Position numbers and translations under genes: made by a program | NCBI GenBank assembly: GCA_016713925.1 | Contig: JADJOH010000008.1 | Location: 186,117-250,116, forward strand | Direction: 5' to 3' | Source: Bacteroidota bacterium | GTDB taxonomy: Bacteria; Bacteroidota; Bacteroidia; AKYH767-A; OLB10 | DNA length: 64,000 nt | The notes under the pieces: model-generated | What the model was told of the DNA's origin: nothing | Databases searched by the model: none | The model's input: the letters and a program-made list of their open reading frames with translations, nothing else | In this document: positions 40,909 to 50,478 of the stretch, piece by piece | How the letters are laid out: every line of letters begins with the position of its first letter | How positions within the stretch are numbered: the first letter of the stretch is position 1

Positions 40909-41657
40909 TTAGAGCATTGATATTGGATGATGAAAAGGCATCACTGACCCAACTGCGTGAAAGCATTGAGCGGTATATTCCCGATATTACTCAGATATGG
41001 GCTACCTCTGATCCTGCTGAAGCGATGATGCTGATCAATGAACAACATCCGCAATTACTTTTTCTCGATATCGAGATGCCACAAATGAATGGGTTTGAAT
41101 TTTTGGAAAAGATAAAGGAACGAAATTTTGCCGTTATTTTTACCACAGCATTCAGTCAGTACGCGATCAAAGCTTTACGTTTTAGTGCACTGGATTATCT
41201 CTTGAAGCCGGTTCAGGAGGATGAGCTAAAGAAGGCCGTAGAACGATTCCGTGAACAGCCCGTTGCATTGGAACAAATGCAAAAGTTGTATGAACAATTA
41301 TTTGAAAATGTAAAAAGTGGTCATGAAACCGGTTTCAAATTATCATTGCAAACCGGGAACCGTATTTATTTTATTGCACCGGACGAGATCACCTGGTGCA
41401 AAGGTGATAATAACTATACCTTGGTGTATACAAAGGATGGCAGAGAGTTTACCATGAGTAAAACGTTGAAGGATGTTGACGAGATGTTGCAACCTTTCGG
41501 CTTTCTTCGGTCTCATAAATCATCGCTGGTAAATGCAAAGGAAGTGACTGCTCTTGACAATGAAGAACTGGTTTTAAAAAGTGGAGTACGCATTCCTGTT
41601 TCAAGACGAAGAATGGAGGATGTAAAATCTTTTTTGAGCGGAAAAGGTAAAGAATGA
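40905..41657 (+). CDS. LytTR-family response regulator
   Basis: REC domain 'LLFLDIEMP..NGF', 'ALDYLLKP'; LytTR 'FLRSHKSSLVN...VSRRR'; 4-bp overlap with the kinase. Confidence 0.96.
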   Translation: MIRALILDDEKASLTQLRESIERYIPDITQIWATSDPAEAMMLINEQHPQLLFLDIEMPQMNGFEFLEKIKERNFAVIFTTAFSQYAIKALRFSALDYLLKPVQEDELKKAVERFREQPVALEQMQKLYEQLFENVKSGHETGFKLSLQTGNRIYFIAPDEITWCKGDNNYTLVYTKDGREFTMSKTLKDVDEMLQPFGFLRSHKSSLVNAKEVTALDNEELVLKSGVRIPVSRRRMEDVKSFLSGKGKE

Positions 41658-41675
41658 AAAAGAATTCATGGTGTT

Positions 41676-42893
41676 TCATTTCGAAAATCTTCCTGACAAA
41701 CTACGCCAGGCCATAAATCCGCTGAGTGTAACCAGTAGTGACCCTGCCAGAAAGGCAGCACCGGGAAAATAAACGGGAGCATTTTCCCCTGTAAAGAAAG
41801 CGAAGAGGTTCGTCATCAGGAGTGGTCCGATGATAGAAGTGATGCTGATGAGACTTGTCAATGCCCCCTGCAGTTCTCCCTGCTCATTAGCCGGCACCTG
41901 ATTGGAGATGATCCCTTGCAAAGAGGGTCCTGCAATTCCACCGAGGCAATAAGGAATTAAGAAGGCGAACATCATCCAGCCCTTTGTACTGAATGCAAAT
42001 AAGGCGAGCCCGATGGCATATAACATCATTCCCACATATACGGAGCGGCTGGGTCCTAGTTTTGGATTGATGACGCGAACAAGTCCTCCCTGCACAATGG
42101 CGACACAAAGGCCGGCCATCCCCAGCGAATATCCTACCATGGCTTCGTTCCATTTGAAACGTTCCATTGTAAAGTAAGACCATGTGCTTTGTACTGCATG
42201 CGCTGCGATATAAACAAATACCAATGATGCTACTAAGCCAAGCACTACAGGGTAGCGTCCAAGATTTTTCAGCGATCCTATCGGGTTGGCCCTTTTCCAA
42301 TCGAAAGCACGACGATTTTCAACCGGTAAGGATTCTGGCAGAATGAAATAACCATAGAGCCAGTTGAGAAAGGTGAGTCCTGCCGCAGCGAGGAAGGGAA
42401 CCCGTGAACCAAATTGTCCTAATATTCCTCCCAGCACGGGACCGATAATAAATCCTATACCGAAAGCCATTCCAACGATTCCGAAATTTTGTGCACGCTT
42501 TTCCGGAGTGCTGATGTCAGCAATATAAGCAGTAGCTGTAGTGATACTGGCACCGAAAACACCGGCCAGCAAACGACCAAGAAACAGCCATGTGATAGTG
42601 GGTGCAAAGGCAAGAAAAAGATAATCGAGTCCAAAGCCAAAGAGAGATAAAAGCAATACGGGCCTTCTCCCATAGCGATCACTCAACCCACCAATGACGG
42701 GAGAGAAAAGAAATTGCATGATGGCATAGGAAAACATGAGCCATCCGCCATATGTAGAAGCTTCACTGATGGTACAGGATGTTAATTCCTGGATGAGCTT
42801 TGGTGTAACCGGAATAATGATACCCAATCCGATAATATCAATCAACAGCGTAATAAAAATAAAGGAGAGGGCGGGTGTTTTTGAACGGATCAT
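41676..42893 (-). CDS. TCR/Tet-family MFS efflux transporter
   Basis: '[14 protein letters not shown]' motif A, 'AYIADIS', 'YFILPES'. Confidence 0.92.
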   Translation of the reverse strand: MIRSKTPALSFIFITLLIDIIGLGIIIPVTPKLIQELTSCTISEASTYGGWLMFSYAIMQFLFSPVIGGLSDRYGRRPVLLLSLFGFGLDYLFLAFAPTITWLFLGRLLAGVFGASITTATAYIADISTPEKRAQNFGIVGMAFGIGFIIGPVLGGILGQFGSRVPFLAAAGLTFLNWLYGYFILPESLPVENRRAFDWKRANPIGSLKNLGRYPVVLGLVASLVFVYIAAHAVQSTWSYFTMERFKWNEAMVGYSLGMAGLCVAIVQGGLVRVINPKLGPSRSVYVGMMLYAIGLALFAFSTKGWMMFAFLIPYCLGGIAGPSLQGIISNQVPANEQGELQGALTSLISITSIIGPLLMTNLFAFFTGENAPVYFPGAAFLAGSLLVTLSGFMAWRSLSGRFSK

Positions 42894-43017
42894 TTTCTGT
42901 GAGGTCAAAATTATCATAAATATCTATCAATGAGTTAGGAATATTCACCGCATTTGGGGGTTGCACATGATTTATACGTTTTGTAGTTTGCGCCCCTAAT
43001 CATTTAATCAACCTACT

Positions 43018-44715
43018 ATGAAAAAGCTATTAATAGTGATGATGACAGGAGGTCTTATGACGCTTTCCGTCAAAACGAATGCGCAAAGCTGGTCGCTAAC
43101 AGGTAATGCCGGAACGAATTCCGCGACCGATTATATCGGAACAAGCGACAGTAAACCTTTAAAAATTAAAACCAATAATCAGGTCAGGATGCTGCTCAAG
43201 ACCAATGGATACGTCGGTATTGGTACACAGACACCTTCAACCAGGCTTCATGTGAATGGGGTAATTACTGCTACCGGTGGTACATCATCTGATTGGAACA
43301 CTGCTTTCGGTTGGGGTGATCATGCGCTGGCAGGATATCTAACTTCATTTACTGAGTTGGATCCAAAGGTAGGCGCTAATGTGACCAATTTTGTTTCCAA
43401 ATGGGATGGGTCGGCATTAGTAGGAAGTAATATTTTTAATTCAGGAAATAATTTTGGCTTGAATACTTCTACCATGATAGGATCAGCAAATTTTGTGGTG
43501 CAAAGTCCAAATGCAAGTGGTTTTGGTGGAATGTATGTGAATCAGACAGGAGCCGGTTTAAAGCCATTTTATGGATATGCTGTAAATGGGGTAGGTACTT
43601 GTTGGACTTCATTCGACCAAACAACAGGTAACTGGGGTGTTTTTAATGGAGGAGAGAGGTTGGTTGTAGATAATGCCGGTCAGGTGGGAATAGGAACATC
43701 TACTCCGGGTTATTTTCTGGATATTCAGGCCGGAACCGCATTGAGGGCATTAAATGCAGTTTCAAATGTGGTGGGAAGCACAGGACAAATTATCAACTTT
43801 GAGCGTACCAGTGCTCCTGCTTCAGCTAATGACATTGTTCAAATTAAAGTCCCTGCCGGCTCTCCAAATGATTTTCAGTTTATAGAAGCAGATAAAGGTG
43901 GATCTAATCGTTTTCAGGTGGATGGAGATGGAAGTGTGGGTGTTGGATTCAGCACATTGAGCACTGCACGTTTAAATGTGGATGGCTCCAATCCTGATAA
44001 TAAAAAAATATATGGCATATATGCTTCTGCTGATAGCGCATCTTCTGTATCAGCCGCAATTTATGGTGAGCATACAAGCGCAACGAGCGATGGTCGCGGT
44101 GTTTATGGAAAGAGTTCTGGTGGTGCCGGTATTGGTTATGGGGTTTTTGGAGAATCCGGCTATATTGGTACAAGAGGCTTAGCTTCCGGTTCAACTTACA
44201 CAGGCACTGCATATGGTTTATATGGTACAGCATCAGGTAGTACAGCCGGAACCCGAATTGGTGTTTACGGGTCAGCCAGTGGTGCGTCAACTGCAGAAGG
44301 CAATTGGGGCGGATATTTCCCTACAAAAGTATATACCTCTCAAATTCGCGTTGGAACTACAGGTGGCGCTACAGGATTTATTGCATGTATAGGTGGAAAG
44401 CTGATAGCAGAAGAAGTTCGTGTGGAATTGGAAGCAACATGGCCGGATTATGTTTTTGCAGACGGATATGATCTGATGCCGCTGGAGCAGTTGAAGAAAG
44501 AAATTAATCAGCATAAGCATTTGCCCGGTATTCCTTCCGCTGCTCAAATTGAAGAACAAGGTGGTGTGGATCTGGGTGCAATGCAAACCAAATTGGTGGA
44601 AAAAGTAGAAGAGCTTACACTCTACATCATTCAATTAAAAGAACAAAATGACAAGCTGCAGGATTTAAATGAAAAATTGCAAGTGCGTATGTCAGCGATT
44701 GAAAACAATAAGTAA
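43018..44715 (+). CDS. secreted tail-fibre-like protein with S74-like C-terminal chaperone/coiled coil (paralog B)
   Basis: SPI + QSWSLTGNAGT; G.VGIGT repeats; 'WPDYVF...KHLPGIPSA...LVEKVEELTLYIIQL'. Confidence 0.85.
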   Translation: MKKLLIVMMTGGLMTLSVKTNAQSWSLTGNAGTNSATDYIGTSDSKPLKIKTNNQVRMLLKTNGYVGIGTQTPSTRLHVNGVITATGGTSSDWNTAFGWGDHALAGYLTSFTELDPKVGANVTNFVSKWDGSALVGSNIFNSGNNFGLNTSTMIGSANFVVQSPNASGFGGMYVNQTGAGLKPFYGYAVNGVGTCWTSFDQTTGNWGVFNGGERLVVDNAGQVGIGTSTPGYFLDIQAGTALRALNAVSNVVGSTGQIINFERTSAPASANDIVQIKVPAGSPNDFQFIEADKGGSNRFQVDGDGSVGVGFSTLSTARLNVDGSNPDNKKIYGIYASADSASSVSAAIYGEHTSATSDGRGVYGKSSGGAGIGYGVFGESGYIGTRGLASGSTYTGTAYGLYGTASGSTAGTRIGVYGSASGASTAEGNWGGYFPTKVYTSQIRVGTTGGATGFIACIGGKLIAEEVRVELEATWPDYVFADGYDLMPLEQLKKEINQHKHLPGIPSAAQIEEQGGVDLGAMQTKLVEKVEELTLYIIQLKEQNDKLQDLNEKLQVRMSAIENNK

Positions 44716-44742
44716 ACCGGTTAAACCCTCAATTCTTACTCT

Positions 44743-46524
44743 ATGAAAAACAAACAACAAGTAAGGAAGATGGTGTTTAGCGGATGGATAGTGTTGCTGC
44801 TGATCTTAAACGTGTCACTCGTTTCTGCACAACAATTCATTCGTTATCTTGACCGTCCTCTGCTTACAGAAAAACAACAGCATCATGCGAATGCGCTTAT
44901 ACATGACGAAACAACAGCAGGGTACTGGTATATAGAAGTAGATGCTTCACTGATAAACAAGAAGAGCACCTCTTTAAACTTATCATTGCCTGATCATTCC
45001 AATCTGCTGATTGATCAGATGACCTATACCCAAAGTTTCGCTTCGATGGTTTCCGGTTCCGGAAAATTTGAACCGGGTGGTGATTTCATCGTTACCGAAC
45101 ACAATGGCATGATTACTTCCCGTATCGGGAATAATCAATACAGCTATATGATTTATCCGTTATCAGGTGATAAACATATTTTAATCCATCTAAACGTACA
45201 GGCTTTTCCGCACGATGAGTCTGATGAAGGTTACCAGCATATGCTGAAAGAAGGGCAGAAAGTAAAAGAGAGAGAGCACGTTGATCCCGAAACCGGTGAA
45301 GTTATTTTCGATGGTTCTCCCGAAGCAGGAAATTGTAAAGTACGTTGCCTCGTTGCCTATACGGATGATGTGGGTACTGCACTTGCAGATCCTATTGGTT
45401 TTGCGGAATCCTGCATTCAGGCCAACAACACGTCTTTCACAAACAGTGCTGTGAACTTTCAGGTGGAACTGGCCTGTGCCTTCCAAACCACCTATGCAGA
45501 AAGCGGAAATTCATTTACGGACAAAACAAATTTCCGTACTAACGGAGATGGTATTATGGATGATATATTTGACTGGCGCATTTATTATGATGCTGATCTC
45601 TGTCATTTGCTGGTGAACAGCCTTTCAAATGGTTGTGGTGAGGCTTGGGCAGTTTCTGTTTCTGTTTACGCAGATGCGTTCTGCGTTACGGATAGAACCT
45701 GTGCTGTAGGAAATTTGACTTTCCCACACGAGTATGGTCATCTGTATGGATGCCGTCATGATGTGTTTGTGGACAATACCAATACCCCTTATGCTTACGG
45801 GCATGGAAAGACAGTAACAGGAAACTATCGTACTGTAATGGCCTATTCGGATGCGTGTGGTGCTTCCGGATGTACCCGGGTGGCTTATTTCTCTAATCCT
45901 GCAATTACTTATAATGGTGTATCAACCGGAACGGCCGGATCAGCAGATAATGAAAGCGCGAGTGAAGCCTCACGTGTTGCTATCAGTGGGCTGGAGGTTT
46001 CCGGAACGAATAAGGCTTTCCCTTCCTGGACACATGATGATGGAGAGTTTGCCGATGTGTTGGCAATTAACTCAGTGATAAACAATACCACCTATGTCAT
46101 GAATAGCGGCTCAGAAGTAGTTTGGAGAGCGGGTACGTTTCACACTTTGAATCCGGGTTTCTGGGCAAAGAGTGGTTCTAAATTCGTAACGGTGTTTGAT
46201 AACTGTACAGTACTGGCACTGGCAGGAAATGTGGCTTCAAAGGTCAATGCTTCAGAGAATACCTTTGCATCTGTACGTGTCCAGCCCAATCCATTTAGTA
46301 GCCGCTTCGATGCTATCGTAGAAATGAAGGAAGCCGGCGCACTTAAACTGGAACTGCGCGATGCTACAGGAAAATTGGTTCAGGTAGTAGCCGAACAAAA
46401 TGATGCAGAGAAAGGCAATTATCAATATTCCATTGACATGAGCGAGAATGCCGAAGGAATGTACTTCATGGTGGTGCGAATGGGAAATGAAATGAAAACG
46501 GTGAAGTTGATTAAAACAAAATAG
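44743..46524 (+). CDS. metzincin (M12/reprolysin-like) metallopeptidase with T9SS CTD
   Basis: HEYGHLYGCRH (HExxHxxGxxH), Met-turn 'RTVMAY', 'LNPGFWAKSG' module, CTD 'VQPNPFS...DATGK...GMYFMVV'. Confidence 0.92.
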   Translation: MKNKQQVRKMVFSGWIVLLLILNVSLVSAQQFIRYLDRPLLTEKQQHHANALIHDETTAGYWYIEVDASLINKKSTSLNLSLPDHSNLLIDQMTYTQSFASMVSGSGKFEPGGDFIVTEHNGMITSRIGNNQYSYMIYPLSGDKHILIHLNVQAFPHDESDEGYQHMLKEGQKVKEREHVDPETGEVIFDGSPEAGNCKVRCLVAYTDDVGTALADPIGFAESCIQANNTSFTNSAVNFQVELACAFQTTYAESGNSFTDKTNFRTNGDGIMDDIFDWRIYYDADLCHLLVNSLSNGCGEAWAVSVSVYADAFCVTDRTCAVGNLTFPHEYGHLYGCRHDVFVDNTNTPYAYGHGKTVTGNYRTVMAYSDACGASGCTRVAYFSNPAITYNGVSTGTAGSADNESASEASRVAISGLEVSGTNKAFPSWTHDDGEFADVLAINSVINNTTYVMNSGSEVVWRAGTFHTLNPGFWAKSGSKFVTVFDNCTVLALAGNVASKVNASENTFASVRVQPNPFSSRFDAIVEMKEAGALKLELRDATGKLVQVVAEQNDAEKGNYQYSIDMSENAEGMYFMVVRMGNEMKTVKLIKTK

Positions 46525-46543
46525 GAAGATTTATCTAAATAGA

Positions 46544-46574
46544 AAAAGGCAACCTGGTTTATAGGTTGCCTTTT
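46544..46574. terminator. bidirectional rho-independent terminator
   Basis: aaaaggcaacct/aggttgcctttt perfect stem between convergent genes. Confidence 0.85.
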
Positions 46575-46608
46575 CTATTTTCAAAAGGAGATAAAATTTA
46601 TTTTTAGC

Positions 46609-47250
46609 TTATTTCGTCATTCGAATTTCCATGCTTTTAAACTCTTTCCCACCGGCAGGAGTATTGTACATCTCCATAAAATGTTCGCTTTCACTTTTTA
46701 CTGTATACACTTCACGAACTTTCATTAATTTTCCGGTTGTAGGATCAGTTTGCTCGCCAAAGAACTCTATACCACCCACTTTAGGATTGAAGGTCCCTGT
46801 ACTGAATAACACACCGGTTCCCATATTGTCTATCCACGTAGAAACATATTTTTTTAATGCTTTATCATACCCGGTTATTCCTTGTCCATGAAAAGGCATA
46901 CCGTTAAAGTCACCCTGATGAATAGACATTTGATAGCGTCCTTCTAAAATCATGCTGACCACAACAGTTGCAGTCGATTGCGTGGGCTCTGCGTCAGGTG
47001 ACATCCACATTTTAATTTCTTCTTTCCAGTCTCCTTCAGCAGCAGCCAGTTGAGCATGTTCCTCACCGGGAGTCATGTATTCCATCCAGATTTTTTCTAT
47101 TTCTTCCGGCGACTTGGCAGGTGCTTTTTCATTAGTAGCTGCTGCACGTGGTTTAGCCTCTGCCGGTTTTGCAGCATTTTCTTTTGTAGCCTGAGCCTGG
47201 GCTCCAACAAACCAGGAAGCAATGAATAGTGTAAGTACAATTTTTTTCAT
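46609..47250 (-). CDS. DUF1579 domain protein
   Basis: 'MTPGEEH..LA..EGDW', 'YVSTWIDNMGTG'; signal peptide from 47250. Confidence 0.85.
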   Translation of the reverse strand: MKKIVLTLFIASWFVGAQAQATKENAAKPAEAKPRAAATNEKAPAKSPEEIEKIWMEYMTPGEEHAQLAAAEGDWKEEIKMWMSPDAEPTQSTATVVVSMILEGRYQMSIHQGDFNGMPFHGQGITGYDKALKKYVSTWIDNMGTGVLFSTGTFNPKVGGIEFFGEQTDPTTGKLMKVREVYTVKSESEHFMEMYNTPAGGKEFKSMEIRMTK

Positions 47251-47337
47251 TTGATATTTTTTTGAGTATTCGAAGATACTAAAAATGAATGTATCTAATT
47301 TTGAAACAGGTGTCAATCATTTGTGCCGGATCTCTGC

Positions 47338-47688
47338 TCATATTTTATTCAGATGCTTTTCAGCAAGTTTCAACGGAGCTACATGACAATAGGCCGTGGT
47401 AAGTGCATCCAGAAACATTTCCTTAGGTACTTTTTTAAGATTGATTAAAGTCCAGCCATGTTTCCCCCAGGCATTGGGTACAGGATAGATGATGAGCGGA
47501 TTATAGGAACAAAATACACTTTGATCAATGGCAGAAAGTTTGACACATGCACGATGATGCTCTTTGTTCAATGTGATAAAGATTTTATTTTTTACTTTGA
47601 AAGCAATTTTCTCAAAATGGGGAGTTTCTGTTGTTCCTTCAAACGATAGAGCCAGTTTACGAACCGTAGCAATGTTGATCATTTTCAA
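47338..47688 (-). CDS. MmcQ/YjbR family protein
   Basis: 'PHFEKIAFKVKNKIF', 'WGKHGWT'. Confidence 0.88.
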   Translation of the reverse strand: MKMINIATVRKLALSFEGTTETPHFEKIAFKVKNKIFITLNKEHHRACVKLSAIDQSVFCSYNPLIIYPVPNAWGKHGWTLINLKKVPKEMFLDALTTAYCHVAPLKLAEKHLNKI

Positions 47689-47701
47689 AAATACAATTAA
47701 A

Positions 47702-48672
47702 TTATTTTACACTGACCAGCACCGGACCGGGGTCATTGGTTACAGGTGGAACGGTTTTCAAGAAACGGTAAATGGCTCTCAGGTCATCATCCGCTAATCT
47801 GCTGAAAGGTCCCCAGGGCATGGTGCTTTCATGAATCACTTTACCTTTTCGGAAGCGTTGCAAAAAATCATCTTCCGTCCAATTCGCCAGCTTGCCTGTT
47901 GTTGCATCAGAAGTAATGTTTGGAGTAACTACTTCCAATGATGCATTCACTTCACAAGGCATATGGAAACCTCCGGCATAGGGAGTGCCGATGTATTTCC
48001 CGGTTTTTAAATCACGTTCGGTATGACATCCTCTGCAATTCGCGACAGATTCCGCCAGGTATTTTCCATATTCGACCGTAGCACCTTGCGCCACATGTTT
48101 TGGAATTTCAATGGTGGGGCCGGTAGGTTCTATGACCAATGCTTTCAATACAGTGCCTAATAATTTCCATTCCGTCTCAGGCACTTTATTTTTTACAGGA
48201 AGTACTGTTTTTAAATAGCTGATGACAGCGGTGAGATCAGCATCACTCAAATGCTGGAAGGGCATAAAGTCGACGAGTGCACTTCCGGCATGTCCTACAC
48301 CGTAACGAAGGGATCGGGCAATCACACTATCCGGCCAGGCGCCAATGCCTGTTTCTTTATCGGAGGTGATATTGGGAGTGTAAATTTTAGCAGGAGGGAT
48401 ATCGAATATATGTCCACCTGCCAATGGAACTATTTCCCCACGTTCAATAGCGTCCAACTCGGAAATGGGAGCATGGCAATGGGCACAATGCGCCGCACCA
48501 TACACCAGCTCTTTTCCTCTCGCGATCACAGCAGAATCATTTACTGCACTTATTTTCGGATAGGGTGCGTCAAAGGTTCTGTCTTTTTTGCAAAGACAAC
48601 AATACTTAAAATAAAAAGGAACAGTATCACTAAGAGACCTGTTCCTTTTATAATTTTCAGTGTAGTTTTCAT
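47702..48672 (-). CDS. membrane-anchored di-haem cytochrome c (frameshift near 48585)
   Basis: CAHCH and CRGCH motifs, 'PNITSD..TG' twice. N-terminal TM from ATG 48672 joins if one A is added to GCAAAAAAG. Confidence 0.85.
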
Positions 48673-48783
48673 GTGAATGGATTTAACACATGAAAAATAA
48701 TTAATTTTCCATAATTACTTCCAATTTCACCAAAAAAAGCTAAACTTTTTAATTAATTGAATTACTATAAAATAGCGATTCGT

Positions 48784-50046
48784 TTACCAGCGCGAGCCAC
48801 TACTTTTTTTACCGAATGAGGAGGATCGTGCGGGTTTTGCAGCCGGTGCAGGGGACGAAGGTCGCTTAAATCCGGGTCCGCGTTTGGGGGCATGTGCCGG
48901 ATCAGGAGCTACCAATACACCATCGGGAAGGTGGGCATGTGATCGGATAATCTCCAGCTCGGCACCATACTTTTTTATGAGTTCCTTCTCTACATCTGTA
49001 TCATCATAACCACGGAAACTGACAGAGACACCTGCTCTTCCTGCACGCCCTGTACGGCCAATGCGATGGACATACGTCTCGCCGTCTGCCGGCATATCGT
49101 AATTGATCACCAAATCCATTTCCTTGACATCAATTCCTCTGGAAGCAAGATCTGTAGCAACGAGGATTTTTAATTGTCCGGCTTTAAATGCTTTCAATGC
49201 TTTTTCCCGTTGACTTTGTGATTTATCTCCATGAATAGCGGAGGCAGAATGTCCTTCCTTTGTAAGTACTTTTGAAAGACGATCAGCACCACGTTTTGTA
49301 CGGGTGAAGATGAGGGCCTGTTCAGCAGGTTCTTTTTCGATCACATCCAGCAATAAATCCTGACGACGATCACGGTTAACGTAGTACATCCGCTGACTGA
49401 TTTTCGGAAGATTTTCTTCGTTGGTGACAATCTGCACTCTAACGGGATCGGACATGTGCTTTTCAGCCATCGCCCGGATATCGTCCGGCATCGTCGCACT
49501 GAAGAGCAGGGTCTGGCGTTCGCGGGGAAGAAGTGCGAGTATTTTGTTCAGGTCACGCGCAAAGCCCATGTCGAGCATACGATCACATTCATCCAGTACC
49601 AATGTGGTTATCGTGTTGAGTTTAATATGTCCCTGGCTGTAGAGATCAAGTAGTCGTCCCGGAGTTGCAATAACAATGGCAGGATGTTTTTTCAAGGCTT
49701 GTTCCTGTGGATTTTGTCCGACACCACCATACAACAATGCCATTCTGAAAGGAAGTGTTTTCCCATAGGCGCTGAAGTTATCGTGGATCTGTATCGCCAG
49801 TTCCCGGGTGGGTGCCAGTACCAATACACTGATACCCTTTGCAGGAGTCATTGTGCCGAGGCGGTGAAGAATAGGAAGAGCGAAGGCCGCTGTTTTACCG
49901 GTGCCTGTTTGTGCCAGTGAAAGTACATCACGGCCGCGCATTACCGCAGGAATGGTTTGTTCCTGTACGGGTGTGGGCTCGCGATAGCCCTTTTCGTGCA
50001 ATGCTTCCAGAATTTGTGGGAGCAGTTGTAAGTCATTAAATGTCAT
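48784..50046 (-). CDS. DEAD-box RNA helicase (RhlE-like)
   Basis: Q motif, 'AQTGTGKT', 'PTRELA', 'DECD', 'FSAT', 'HRIGRTGRAG'. Confidence 0.96.
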   Translation of the reverse strand: MTFNDLQLLPQILEALHEKGYREPTPVQEQTIPAVMRGRDVLSLAQTGTGKTAAFALPILHRLGTMTPAKGISVLVLAPTRELAIQIHDNFSAYGKTLPFRMALLYGGVGQNPQEQALKKHPAIVIATPGRLLDLYSQGHIKLNTITTLVLDECDRMLDMGFARDLNKILALLPRERQTLLFSATMPDDIRAMAEKHMSDPVRVQIVTNEENLPKISQRMYYVNRDRRQDLLLDVIEKEPAEQALIFTRTKRGADRLSKVLTKEGHSASAIHGDKSQSQREKALKAFKAGQLKILVATDLASRGIDVKEMDLVINYDMPADGETYVHRIGRTGRAGRAGVSVSFRGYDDTDVEKELIKKYGAELEIIRSHAHLPDGVLVAPDPAHAPKRGPGFKRPSSPAPAAKPARSSSFGKKSSGSRW

Positions 50047-50478
50047 TATTTTTTTAATTCCATAATCGTTTTTAGCCCATGGCAACATGCCACGACTGCG
50101 ATACAGATGATCAGGCGTATGAAAACCGGTTTAATGTAAAACTGGATTCCGGATAGCCTTGATGTAATTTCTATTAAAACCGGGAGGGTTGCGTGTGACG
50201 CGTATAAGAACGCTGATCAACGATAGAAACCACGCTTTGATGGTACAAAGGTAGACTATTTGCCTTCCTAAACCAAGAGATTATTTTATCAAACGGTTTT
50301 GTAAGCGAAAAGTTACACCAGTATTCAGGTTCTCAATCACTGTATTTTGTTCTGCATACTGTTGATAAATAGCATCTTAAGAAAATGTAAATAGCGCTTT
50401 ACACAACCGGTCGCCGTTGCTTTTTCTGAAACAAACCAAGCGGGTTTACGTATCTATGACGTAATAAAAAAGCCAGTA

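Noticed and set aside
41676-42893. Acquired tetracycline-resistance determinant
   Set aside because: It is a generic chromosomal TCR/Tet-family MFS with no TetR or mobile context; its substrate cannot be inferred.
42901-43017. LytTR box upstream of cassette B
   Set aside because: No 9-bp direct repeat at 20-22-bp period resembling the cassette A site could be found.
37213-44715. Prophage or tailocin based on the tail-fibre-like genes
   Set aside because: Both genes have Sec signal peptides, and no capsid, tail tube, baseplate, integrase or lysis genes are nearby.
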